Shown here: piece by piece, positions 41,915 to 54,485 of the stretch
How positions within the stretch are numbered: the first letter of the stretch is position 1
How the letters are laid out: every line of letters starts with the position of its first letter
Assembly (NCBI RefSeq): GCF_006345805.1
Contig: NC_043010.1
Location: 25,730,001 to 25,794,000 of the forward strand
Length of the DNA: 64,000 bases
Source of the DNA: Octopus sinensis
Taxonomy: Eukaryota
Direction of reading: 5' to 3'
The notes under the pieces: model-generated
Told to the model about the DNA's origin: nothing
Database searches by the model: none
The model's input: the letters and a program-made list of their open reading frames with translations, nothing else
Made by a program: the position numbers and the translations under genes

Positions 41915-42948
41915 TATATATATAAAATAAAAGAAGGAAAATGCACACAGTTTACATAGTTTTAATATATTTTTTGATATATTTTATAAGTGAAAGAGTA
42001 TTGCGTTTGTCAACCGGTTTCGCTACAAGTAGAGTTATCTAAGGGGAGGTAATTGATGATCATTATTATTTGGGCCAAGGGAGGTAATTGCTCATACTTT
42101 AGTGAGGGAATAAATGAATACAGAAAAACTCAAAAGCTAAAGTAGTGAGATGAAGTATTTACAGTGATGGGTATGTGAACATGAATTAAAATATATACTG
42201 AAACCAAAGTTTTTATGCATTCATATTTAGGCATGTTCTGTATTTTTTGACAAATAAATTTTCTTTATTGAAACGTTCTTGTACAGAAATTATTTCTTTG
42301 CACTGGTAGATGAGGAAAAGTGTTAAGATTTGTTTGATATTACCTGCATATCTCTCTATGTGTCCTATGTAGTTATGTCCACAACCTGAACAAGTTATAA
42401 CATGAATTAGATTCTTGGAAGCACAAGTTAAGTTGGTTTTAATTATGAACCTCTCTCTTTGAATAGGAATTCCAAGCCTTCCAACAATATCTGTACAAGA
42501 ACATTTAAATAAAGAATCTTTATTTATCAAAAATACAGAACACACCTAAATATGAATGCATAACAAACTTTGGTCTCAGTATATATTTTAACTCATGTTC
42601 ACATAACCATCACTGTAAATATTTCATCTCACTACTTCAGTTTTTGAGTTTCTGTATATTTATTTATCCCCTTCCCAAAATAGGAGATATTACCTCCCCT
42701 GTCCCAAATAATAACAGTCACCAGTTACCTCCCCTTAGAATTTTCTACTTCATTTCATTCACAAACTTTCATACACAACATGGACTAAAATCTTCTTAAG
42801 AAAATACAAAATTACAATAATTTCAATGTCATGATTAGCAAAAGTGAAACCGGTCGACAAAACAAGACTCTTTCACTTATAAAATATATTAGAAAATATA
42901 TTTAAACTATGTAGACTGTGCATTTTCCTTCTTTTATTTTATATATAT
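41915..42948 (-). mobile_element. 5'-truncated Penelope-like element with GIY-YIG remnant and inverted pseudo-LTR
   Basis: Minus strand FIIKTNLTCASKNLIHVITCSGCGHNYIG (GIY-YIG-like). Arms 41915-42291 and 42487-42948 are inverted copies; TA tracts at both ends; lies between two halves of a family A SINE (41745-41915, 43015-43235). Confidence 0.85.
42827..42859 (+). ncRNA. Degenerate minimal type I hammerhead ribozyme motif in the Penelope pLTR
   Basis: TGTC-ATGATTA-GC-AAAA-GT-GAAA-CCGG-TC-GACA: 4-bp stem I, CUGAUGA box with 2 substitutions, 2-bp stem II, GAAA, palindromic stem III, GUC site. The other arm retains GCGAAACCGGT (42012-42023, minus strand). Confidence 0.65.
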
Positions 42949-43469
42949 GTATATATTTGCATTACAACTCACCACATGGGAATAATCGAAATTCTCCTCC
43001 TGCCTTTTTCGTACTATATATATATGTGTGCGTGTATCTTTCTGTCTGTGTTTGTCCTACCACCACTGCTTGACAACCAGTGTTGGTGTGTTTGCATCCC
43101 CATAACCTAGCAGTTTGGCAAAAGACACTGATAGAATTAGTACCAAACTTAAAAAGTAAGTCCTGGTGTTGATTCCTTCGACTAAAAATTCAAGGCAGAT
43201 GCCTCAGCGTGGCTGCAATCTAATGATTGAAACAAGTAAAAGATGAGAGATTGTTTTAGCATCTGCCTGTTCATGCTTGCAGGGGTCACACAATTCATTG
43301 AGGTACATTTTCTACAGCTAGATGCCTTTGCTGTTGCTAACCCTCACCTGTTTCCATACAAGTGAATATTTCCCTTTAGCTAGACATGTGTTTTTACATG
43401 AGAGACTGAGAACAAACAATGTTACCTGTATGATGGTATTGCCACTTTGCAGCTATCATGTGATGTCAA

Positions 43470-43477
43470 ACATGGGT

Positions 43478-43510
<33 letters not shown>

Positions 43511-43860
43511 TGTACACATATGCACATGTACATACACAAACACACATGTACACACAAACACATACATATACACATATACACACACACATATGCATACATG
43601 TACATGCACACACACCTGTACACATGCATACCCACATGTACACATGCACACACGCACACATGTACACTTGTACAACGCACACACACATGTACACATGCAC
43701 ACAAACATACACATTCATACACACATACACACACACATGTGCACACATGTAAACACACTAATACACATGTGCACCCACATAAACACACACTCGTACACAC
43801 ATGTACACATACAAACATGCACACACATACACACACAGATAAACACACACACACACATAT
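43470..43860. repeat. Degenerate (CA)/(CATA)/(TGTA) low-complexity tract
   Basis: Directly visible; source of the HT/CV-rich pseudo-ORFs. Confidence 0.95.
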
Positions 43861-45204
43861 TATGCAAAGGGCTTTTCTCAGTTTTAGTCTCTAAAATCCA
43901 CTCAAAATGCTTTGGTTGGCTTTGGGCCATAATCCTTTCTGCTATAGGCACCAGACCTGAATTTTGCAGGAGGGGGTAAGTTGATTACATCGACTCCAGT
44001 ATGTAACTGGTATTTATTTTTTTGAGCCTGAAAGGTTGAAAGACAAAGTCAACCAGGTGGAATTTGAACTCACAACATAAAGATAGACCATGTTTGAGGC
44101 TAGGCAGCGAGCTGGCAGAATCGTTAGCATGCCAGGTGAAATGCTTAGCGATATTTCATCTGCTGCTACGTTCTGAGTTCAAATTCTACCGAGGTCCACT
44201 TTGCCTTTCATCTTTTCGGGGTCAATTAAATAAGTACCAGTTACACACTGGGGTCAATGTAATCGACTTAATCCCTTTGTCTGTCCTTGTTTGTCCCCTC
44301 CGTGTTTAGCCCCTTGTGGAAAATAAAAAAATAAAAATAGAAAGCACTTGCATCGGCCCCAGTACTCAGCTGGTATTTATTTTATTGACCCCGAAAGGCT
44401 GAAATGCAAAGTCGACCATGGCAGAATTTGAACTCAGAACATAAGGATGGACAATGTTTTGGGTTATAATAGAAAACACTTGCCTCAGGTGCTGTGTAGT
44501 GGGATTGAACCAAAAACCACAAGATTGGGAAGCAAGGTTCTTAACCACACAGCAACACCAGCAAGCATGGCAAAATAATCATGAAACAAACGTAGAAACA
44601 AAACAGGGTTGTGATTAAGAGTGATTTGGCTGCTATTTCAAGCAACCACATAGAAGTTTCATTGATGTTGGAAAAGTAAGCTGGAAGTATTTTCCAAATG
44701 AGATTGTCTGCTGCTTTTATTCAAACTGATCGAGTTATAATATAGAAACTCTCTTTGGCTCCATCTGAGCTTCGTATCCACTTGCTTATTCCATCTCACC
44801 AACACTTGTATAATTAGGCAGAAGAAGATTAAATAATAATAATAATCGTAATCATAGAAGAAGAAGAAGAGGAAGAGGAGGAGGAAGATAGATCATGAAA
44901 ATTTGATGATCAAATGTTGGGCCATTTGTTGCCATTACTGTAAAGTCAATATGTCAATGTGATATGACAGTTGGAATTAATCTAGGGAGAGTAGGAAGGA
45001 ATTAATATGCACGAGACCAGAAGAAATGTTAATAAAAGGCAATGCTTAGGAAGGAAGGGTCATAACTCATAATAGTATAGCGCTGAACAGTTAAAACGGT
45101 AATGGTAATGTTGGCCATTAATCAAAGTCTATAAATTTTCCAAAATTAGCATTACAAATCTACATTGTACCATTTCCATATAACAACTTATTTCTGACTG
45201 GTTT

Positions 45205-45585
45205 TGTATAAAAGCATCTTCAGATAATTTGACAATGGAATATCTGTGTTGATTGTCTGACCAGCTAAAAATAGCAGCTAAATCTCCCTCATTTCGCATC
45301 GTCTATTTTCAACTGGCTTTGTATAAAAACAAGATGTTCAGATTATCTGACAAGAGAATCTTTATGCTATTGTTTGACCTGTGAGAAATAGCAGCCAAAT
45401 CTCCATTATCTCTCATCCCTATTTTCAAATTGCTGTGTTTGAAAACAACATTTTCAGATAATCTTTGCAATTGTTTGACCTGTTAGAAATGGCAGCTGAA
45501 TCTCCCTCATCTCACACCCTGCTGCAATTAAGGAGGCCTCTACATGATTGTTCGACCTACTAAAAATAGCAGCTAAATCTTCTGT
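45205..45585 (+). repeat. Degenerate minisatellite with four copies of a 35-bp core
   Basis: Core TTGTTTGACCTGCTAGAAATAGCAGCTAAATCTCC starts at 45253, 45370, 45471 and 45548; intervening sequence partly homologous. Confidence 0.75.
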
Positions 45586-45832
45586 TAATCCTATTGTTAT
45601 CATGTTTCTATTGAAATACTCTGCTTTTGTTTCATTTAACTTTTAAAATAATGAAGAATGTAGAAAAATAACTTTTGTCATTATTAAACTGGTGCCTGAG
45701 TCATAAATTGGTGTGAAATCTTAAATTTCAGTTTAAATTTAAATCACCTTACAACATTCTCCCCCACCGCTTTCCCTCTCACTATCTCTATCTATCTATC
45801 TATCTCTCTTTTTATCTATCTATCAACCTCTG

Positions 45833-45864
<32 letters not shown>

Positions 45865-46864
45865 CAAAATTCTTCACAACTATTTTACTCTTCTGTACGA
45901 GTCTGTCCTTCTCATTATAAATTGTTGAACCTTCAACCATCTTTTCTTTCTCTCTTCTCTCTTTATTTTTCCTTCTTTCTCTTCCCCCTCCTCTTCTTTC
46001 TTTCTTTCTTTCTTCTCTTCCTCCTCTTCTTTCTTCTTCTTCTCCTTCTTCTTTCTTCTTCTTTCATTGTATAACATTTTATTGCCGAGGTGAATTACTA
46101 TTACATGTAATGAGTAACCAGTTCTATTGTGCACCAAAATGTCATCAGTAGAAATTGTAATAATACTGAATGCATAATAGACCTCATTGTGATCCGATGT
46201 GTTCCCAAGTGGTAGATCTTATCAATATAACTGGAGGCTGACTGATCAAAACTAGACACACCACAGCCACCAGCCACCACCGGCCAACACTACCATCACC
46301 ACCAGCTGTTACTGCCATCAGCCGCATCTATATGTGAACCCATCAGCTGACTTGCTCTTGCCTCTCTACTCAATACAGCACACTCACATCCATACATTAC
46401 ATTACATATACATATACATGTGTGTGTGTGTGTGTGTAATAAGACCAAGTGTACCAGTATCAATATGCCAAACCCACTTAGCATCTACTTGTTGTCTTCA
46501 ACTAACTAAATTTAGATTCTCAGTGATTATATCTTAAACTGTCCCTTGCTTGCGGATTGGTTCTCTTTCTTTAACACTTACTGGTTCTTTTCATCCCAGT
46601 CCATTATTATTTATTTTACAAGCAGAACAATTCAATCCATTGCTAAAAACTACTTGTGTTGAAGAATCTGCTTTCTCTGTTGCTGCTGCTGCTGTTTGTT
46701 TGCAGCTTATTTCTTATTCCTTGTTTGTTTGATATTTTGTTTATGTGTGTTTTTCTTTTTTGGAGGAGGGAGGTTTTTTTTTTGGTTTATTCGTCTCTTT
46801 TTCTCTCATTCTGATTCAGTGTCAGTCTGTCCATCTGTCTCTCTCACACACAGTATACTCCTTT

Positions 46865-46901
<37 letters not shown>

Positions 46902-47044
46902 CCTCTTACTAAACCCCTTCTTCTACTCACTTTCTTTTTCACATGATGACTCTTCTTCTCCTCATCCTCTAATTCTTTCTTTTTCCCCTCCATCTCTTTC
47001 TCTCTGCTAATTATGTATGTATGTATGTCTGTGTGTGTGTGTGT

Positions 47045-47310
47045 GTATCATCATCATTGTTTAATGTCCGCTTTCCGTGCTGGCATGGGTTGGACAGTTT
47101 GACTGAGGACTGGTGAGCCAGAGGCTGCACCAGGCTCAATCTGATCTGGCAGAGTTTCTACAGCTGGATGCCCTTCCTAACGCCAACCACTCCAAGAGTG
47201 TAGTGGGTGCTTTTACATGCAACCGGCATGAGGGCCAGTCAGATGGTTCAGGCAACGACCATGCTCAAAAGGTGTTTTCTACGTGCTAGCTGCACAGGAG
47301 CCAGTCTGGT
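47045..47310 (-). mobile_element. Family C SINE/RTE 3' end, well preserved
   Basis: Reverse complement of the 720-935 type; (ATC)n at the left end. Confidence 0.75.
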
Positions 47311-47324
47311 GGCACTGGCAATGA

Positions 47325-47396
<72 letters not shown>

Positions 47397-48416
47397 ATGT
47401 AAAAAAATACAAACTGGGACAAGAACGCAAAACATTTAGAAGACGATATGTATATGTGTGTGTGTGTGTTTGTATGTATGTATGTATAAATATGTATACA
47501 CTCTGACACACATATAAGTTATCATCATCATCATTTAACGTCTGTTTTCCATGCTGGCATGGGTTGGTTGGGTTGATAGGAGTTAGCACACTGCACAACT
47601 GCACCAATCTCCAGTTGCCTTGTTTTGACATGGTTTCTACAGCTCAATGCCTTTCCTAATACCAACCACATTATGGAGGGTCCTAGGTGTGTTATTCTCC
47701 ACAGACCTCTCACTCTCTTCTTTCTAACTCTGTTTCTCACTTCTGTCTCGCTATTTTCCTCCCATATTCCACCACTCGTTCTCGCACTCAGTCTTTCTTT
47801 AAAAATTAATCTTAGCCATTTTATAACTTGATTTTGAATTGGTTTTGCAAGATTATTGATACAAAATTGCATGTTGAAATAGATTTTGTTTTATATTGGG
47901 ACGGTCACTATGCCAACAAGAAACACGTGCACTGGTTAAATTTCACTTCTTTTAGACAAGCAGTGGTTAAATTTCATTTCTTTTAGACAACTAATTAGCC
48001 ATTTTGCCAATTAAGTAGTCCATTGTTGGAATTAATTGTTCAGGCATTTGATTGATGAGCTATTATCATTATTTCATTAAAGTGATGGCATGCTGACAGA
48101 ATCATTACTGTTCTGGACAAAATGCTTGACAGCATTTCTTCGAGCTTTACATTCTGAGTTCAAATTCTGCCAAGTTGATTTTGCCTTTCATCCTTTCGCA
48201 GTCAATAAATTAAGTACCTGTGAAACACTGGGAAGTCGATGTGATTGCCTAGTCCCCCTCCCTCAAAATTTCACACCTTGTGCCTTTAGTAGAAAGGATT
48301 ATTGTTATTCATATACACTCAACAGATTAAACTGTTGGAGAAGAAAAGAATCCTAACATTGGGTTACAACAAGTAGCCTTAGATGCCAGGAACCCTCCTA
48401 AGTTTCCTAGCTGTCC

Positions 48417-48419
<3 letters not shown>

Positions 48420-48468
<49 letters not shown>

Positions 48469-49303
48469 TTCACTTTTAATCTGCATGTTTGTTACTTGCC
48501 GAGACACACCCAGTGTCTTGGGATGAGTGAAAGATAAGAGATGTTACAATATGACTGAAAGCTTGGGGAGGGGAGGTAGTGAAATATCTTCATGTAATAC
48601 AACACAGACATTTAAATGGATAGGTTTTTCTAAGGATGTGGGCAGTATTTGTCAGTACAATCTTTTGGATATCTCTGAGACATGGTTCTCCTGGGATCTT
48701 ATCAAGTTTTTTCTGACATCCCTTTTTTATCATACCCAGGGCACCTACAATAACAGGAACAGTTCTTATTTTAAGATGCCACATCTTTTGTATTTCAATT
48801 TCCAGGTTCTTATGTTCACTTAGTTTGTCAAATTCCTTGACAGATATATTTTTTTATAAAGAACAAAAAGTTTTGAATGGTACAACAATGCACTATAATA
48901 CAGACAATGGGCTATATACCTGTTGTAATTTAGTCATCCTGGGAACGCTTACCTCTATTAATGTACAAGTATTTTCTTCCCTGTCTTTAATAATTGTGCC
49001 TGGTCGATTAACCTGGATCATTCTGTCAGTGTTGACTGGAAAATCCCAAAGGATAGAGGCATTTTTATCTTCAATGACTGGCTCAGGATGATGTTCATAC
49101 CAGTAAGCAGGAGAGCTGATTTTGTAGTGTTTACATATTTTCCAATGTAAATACTGTCCTACCCTGTCGTGGCAATTTTTATATTCGCTTGGTGTCAGCA
49201 CAGGACATCCCAAGACAAGGTGACCTATTGTTTCATCAAATGTGTTGCAGAATCTGCATTTAGGGTCAGAACATTATTGTTGTTGTTGTTGTTGTTACTG
49301 TTA

Positions 49304-49340
<37 letters not shown>
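48420..49340 (-). mobile_element. Dong/R4-clade non-LTR retrotransposon 3' fragment (CCHC knuckle + RLE) in (TAA)n
   Basis: PKCRFCNTFDETIGHLVLGCP (C-X2-C-X7-H-X4-C), HDRVGQYLHW, ILWDFPVNTDRMIQVNRP, IEVSVP, VPVIVGALG...AHILRK; (AAT)n at both ends. Confidence 0.88.
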
Positions 49341-49344
<4 letters not shown>

Positions 49345-49879
49345 TAGATGATGAGGTGGCACATCAGATAAACTGCATAGCAGCATTTCTTCCAATTTAT
49401 TGAACTCTGATTTCAAATTCCACCAAGGTCCACTTTGCTTTTCGTTCTTTCGGGATCTATAAAATAAAGTCCTGGTCGAGCTCTGGGATCAATGCAATCA
49501 ACTATCCACCAACCCACCAAAATTTCAGGCCTTGCACCTGTAGTAGAAATAGTTGCTTCTAAGATGGTGAGCTGGCTGAGTCATCAGAATGCCAGGCAAA
49601 ATGCTTGGCAGCATTCCTTCCGGCTCTTTATGTTCTGAGTTCAAATACCACTTTACCTTTCATCCTTTGAAGGTCAATTAAATACTGTACTATTTCAGCT
49701 CTGGGGTCAATGTAATCAACTAGCTCCCCCACCAGCAAAAACCCACCTGCCACCACCACCCCACATCTGCCTCCTCCAAAATTTCAGGCCTTGTGCCTTC
49801 AGCAGAAAGTGTTATTCTAACCGCCCACCTGGCTCACAGCCTTGGTTCCACTCTCTAAGCTGAGAGGTCTTCGTCTTGC

Positions 49880-50225
49880 AAATTGGTGCCACGTAAAAGG
49901 CACACGTGCCAGTGCCAGGTAAAAGAGCATCCAGTGCACTCTGTAAAGCGGTTGACATTAGGAAGGGCATCCACCCATAGAAACCATGCCAAAACAGATA
50001 AATAGAGTTTGATGTAGCTCTCCAGCCTTGCCAGTTCCTGTTGAACTGTCCAACTCATGCCAGCATGGAATGCAGATGTTAGATGATGATGATGACAATG
50101 ACAATAATGAAGATGATGGTGATGATGATGGTGGTGATGGTGATGATGATGGTGGTGATGGTGATGGTGAGGATGATAATGATGATGGTGGTGATGGTGA
50201 TGGTGAGGATGATGATGATGATGAT
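49880..50225 (+). mobile_element. Family C SINE with expanded (GAT/GGT)n tail
   Basis: The tail at 50083-50225 explains the His-rich and Ser-rich antisense ORFs. Confidence 0.75.
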
Positions 50226-50612
50226 TTTGACACTTGCATAAACTATATAACATTGAAGTTCTATGGTGTTTGGTTAACAGACTGACACCTGTTACATCTG
50301 ACCTTCTTGTCAAAAAGCTGGCACCTGAGATGGAACTGTCCAAGATGCAGAAACCCTAAAACTGGGCCCCATATAATCATCGTCAATGGATTATTTTTCT
50401 TTTATATATTTCATTGTGAAGATGAGATGTAGAAATGAAACAAACCCAACCAAACAAAAATTGTGTTGTTATAAGTCTTATTTCCTTTGAAACTCTTCTT
50501 GGAAATGAAAAAAAAAATGTGACTGTGAATGCTATCATCCTCCTCCTCCTCCTCATCTTCATCATTATCATTATCATCATCCATTTATTTTCCAAGCTAG
50601 CACGGGTTACAT

Positions 50613-50893
50613 CAATGGTTCCCAAAGTGGGCAGTATTGCCCCCCACCCCCACCCCACCCCTGGGTTGGTGGAAAGTTCTTAGGGGGCATTGAAGAAAAG
50701 TGGGATGATAATGAGATAGCGATTCATGTAAAAACAACAAAATAATGGGTTTGTTAGGTTAAGTTTTATTTGTGAAATACAGTTGCTTTGTATTTGCTTC
50801 AGAAAGAGGTCTATGATTGTGATGGTTAATTGGGGTGGGGGTGCTATGAATGTGACCTGGGTGTCAAGCCCGAAAAAAGTTTGGGAGCCACTG
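50613..50893. mobile_element. hAT (Charlie-like) MITE
   Basis: TIRs CAATGGTTCCCAAA / TTTGGGAGCCACTG; 8-bp TSD GGTTACAT / GGTTAGAT (7/8). Confidence 0.85.
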
Positions 50894-53800
50894 GGTTAGA
50901 TGATTTGACATGATTCAATAAGTCGGCAGGCCTGCATTGAACTCCAATATCTGCTTTGACATGGTCTCAATGATTGGATGCCTTTCCTAGCATCGACCAC
51001 TTCACAGCATCTGTTGAGTTCTTTTTCCATGACACTCGCACAAGTGAGGTCACCAAGTAATTCATAAGACAAAGAGAGAGAAAAGTCCCATACTCGACTG
51101 CGTGGAGTTGTACATGCACACACACGCACAAAAAGACTCATGCATACACACATCTATACATACATTCAGACATACTTACACAGTTACATACATCTGTGTG
51201 TGAGTGACCTACCCCTGCATTAACCATTTTTTGTTAACTCCTTCTTCCTCAGTGCATAATCCCTCAGGAATTCCCTGCCCACCCACGTTCAGACATCGAC
51301 TTAGAGTTATTCAAAGTTTGCAGAGGTCCTGCAAAATTTCATGAGAACTACCCACTTTTCTGCTGAGTAAACTATTTTTTAGAAATATCAAAAAGTACCC
51401 TATTTTTTGTTTGGGACTAAAAACTTCTTAGATACATCAACATGTTTAGACCTTCCTGATTGATTCAAGATTCTCTGAATGAAAAAAAAAAAGTATCTCC
51501 TGTTCACAGTTGTCTGTCTCCTTGTTGCTTTGTTCTTTGCTAGGATCAGTGCGAATGTTGATGTGTCTGTCTGTTATTGGTTATCATTTAACTTACGCTG
51601 CTGTCAAATACTAGTATATGTTAATGCTGAGATTAAGAGCCTTTCTCCTTTCTAAGCCACTGGGCAAGGTACTAAGGGCGATAACTTGTGACCCTCACTG
51701 CTGTTTAATCCTTTTACTGTGGAAATCAAGATAATAAATATCCACTCAAAATTCCATTATCTTTAACTGCAGAAAGCAGTTTTATATAACAATCAATCTT
51801 TTGTTGAGGAATGTCATGTTTGAATCTATTTCCTGTTGAGTCAAGTTTATTGAAGCAACGTAACTGGCAGAAAATACCAATTCTATGTTTTGGTAGATAT
51901 TTAACCTCAATACTGGAATAACCACAAAATTTGATTTTGCACTAAAAAGATTAATATTTTTGAGAGATTCACTGGTATCAGCGTTACTTACATTCTTCCT
52001 AGTTGTTAATTCAGAAACTGTTTTTGATTTCTTAACTTATGTAGGATGCCTTCGTTCAGACATTATTATCATCATACCATTCAATCTGCTTTTATTATAC
52101 AATGTATAATACTTTTTTTTATTCTTCAAATTATAATGAACTTATTGTATTCACTATTGAGGTACCTTTTCATTGGAAAAGGGTAAAAGAGGGGAGAGAA
52201 AAGTAGCTGGGCTGCAACCATGCTGACACGCCACCTTAAACAAAGGAGAAGCCGGGATTTTTTTGGAGTGTTGTCCAAAAGTTTTGAAAAAATACTGTAT
52301 AAGGTGGGAATCACAGTTTGTAACAAATGGACTTATTTTTATGGATTTTAACTTTGGTGTAGCAGACCATATGTAAATGAAAGAGAAATGCTGTGAAACT
52401 GTTGCTTGAAAATCTTGGTCCTGATTTGTTTGGTGTCGGCTCAGCTAGAAAGGGTGTTGCCCGGGCAACTAAGGCAACACCCCTGCATCCGCCACACTTA
52501 AAGGGTTTAGAGTTAATTGATCGACTCAACCTCAATACTTATGTTAAGTCTGGCAATTATTCTATTAGTCCCCTTTTTCCCTTTTTTTTTTCAAATTGCT
52601 AAGTCATCATCATCATTATAATTTTAAGGTTTACTTTTTCTTGCTCACACACATGCACCCAACTAGCTTACTACCAAATCCACTCTCAAGGCTTTAGTTG
52701 GCCCAAGGCTATAGCAGAGGACTCTTGTCCAAGGTGCCAGTAGTGGGATTGGACCCAGAGCCATGTGGTTGGGAAGCAAACCTCTTGTCAGACACCCACA
52801 CCTGCCCCTGGACATGTATATAAACCTATCTCATTTGTCAAGTGGTGTGAGACAAACACACATATGCACACACACACACACGTGTAGGTTTGTGCACAGT
52901 TTCCTCACATGGCATTGGTTAATCAAGGGCATAGAAGATTCTTGCCCAAACTGCTGCACATTAGAACTGAACACAAAACCATGCTGTTGAGAAGCAAAAG
53001 TTTTGACCACACAGCCACACACACACACACACACACATGCACATACGTTCTTTTATTTGTTTCAGTCATTTTGACTGCAGCCATACTGGAGCACCGCCTT
53101 TAGTTGAACAAATCGACCCCAGGACTTATTACAAAGAATAATTCTATCGGTGTCTTTTGCTGAATTGCTAAGTTATGGGGACGTAAACACACCAACATCA
53201 GTTGTCAAGCGACTGTGGAAGGACAAACACACACACAAACATATATATATATAAATCCTTAAAATGGGACAAGAATGCAAAACATCCAGACAGTTAGGTG
53301 ATACAAAAAAAGGGATAACAAAACATCCAGATAGACAATACAAAGAAAACAAGGATGGGTCATTCAAAGTTTTCTTTCCTCAGTTGAGTTCCAGAAAAAT
53401 AATATATATACACACACGACGGACTTCTCTCAATTTCCGTCTACCAAATCCACTCACAAGGCTTTGGCTAGTCCGAGGCTATAGTAGAAGACACTTGCCC
53501 AAGATGCCACGCATTGGGACTGAACCTGGAACCATGTGGTTGATAAGCAGGCTACTTACTACACAACCACTCCTGCACCTGTTGTTTTAACCAGTCACAC
53601 ACACACATATTCGCTCGCACATACATGCATAATTTTAATATATATATTTGTTGCTTATAAGATAAGAAATGAAATTTTAGGACTGAAGTATTGATGTACA
53701 TATTTTCGTTTAATTAATCAAGCATTCGCATTATAAAATATTCTTTATGAAACCATAACATTACGGGAGATTTTAAGATTGTAAAGGGAGACAATTAAAG

Positions 53801-54176
53801 TTCTACAGTAAAATTATCCGATAGAATAAAGCCTGATTAACAGTCATTCTTAGTTTATTCGATAAAAATATAATTCTAAAAAAAATAATTGATATAGAAC
53901 AAACACTAATTAATATTTTCAATTAATATCTTTAGAACCTTGTTCAATGATACATTAAAGTGTATCACAGAAGTTATTTACTTTTGTTAAAGATTTAACA
54001 ACCGCTGTTATGAGAAAACTGGCTTTCATTTATATTTTCTTGTATTTTAAGCTTTACTAATAAATTACCAATATTTTTCTTTTTTTTTTATTTCTCCTCC
54101 TAATTTTAGTCATTTGATTGTGGCCATGCTGGAACACTGTATCATTAAATATCTTTATATATAATATATATATAAA

Positions 54177-54332
54177 TTTAAAATGGGAAGGCTGGTTTAT
54201 GGGATTACACTGTTGGCCTAAGGAGGTCGTAGGCCAACAGATTTTGAGGTTCTGATGAAATGCCAAAAAGCTAAACCCTTTATAGGCAGGAAACCCAAAG
54301 AAATTCCATAAACCGGCCTTCCCCATTTTTAA
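54177..54332 (+). ncRNA. Structured hairpin element with a degenerate hammerhead-like core
   Basis: About 28-bp closing stem, inner 11-bp hairpin CTGTTGGCCTA/TAGGCCAACAG, intact CTGATGA (54252-54258) followed by AATGCC-AAAAA-GC-TAAA-CCCT..AGG; next to TA tracts. Confidence 0.45.
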
Positions 54333-54387
54333 AATATACTCTAATCTACACCTTGGAGTGTACTTCTCTAGATTTATGTCTTCTATA

Positions 54388-54424
<37 letters not shown>

Positions 54425-54485
54425 TTATTTTTCAAGGAATAACAATTCCGGCATAACAGAGGTTCAAATTATTCTCAATGAAGAA

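Noticed and set aside
43322-43979. His/Thr- and Cys/Val-rich ORFs (also at 21-22 kb, 37 kb, 41 kb, 61-63 kb)
   Set aside because: CA/TG microsatellite artefacts.
45253-45585. CRISPR-like spaced repeats
   Set aside because: Eukaryotic context, no cas genes, irregular and mutually homologous spacers; treated as a minisatellite.
49855-50343. 162-aa poly-His ORF
   Set aside because: Antisense reading of an expanded (GAT/GGT)n SINE tail.
51700-52060. Stop-free minus-strand stretch with a GTAAGT
   Set aside because: No credible acceptor, no recognisable peptide, no partner exons.
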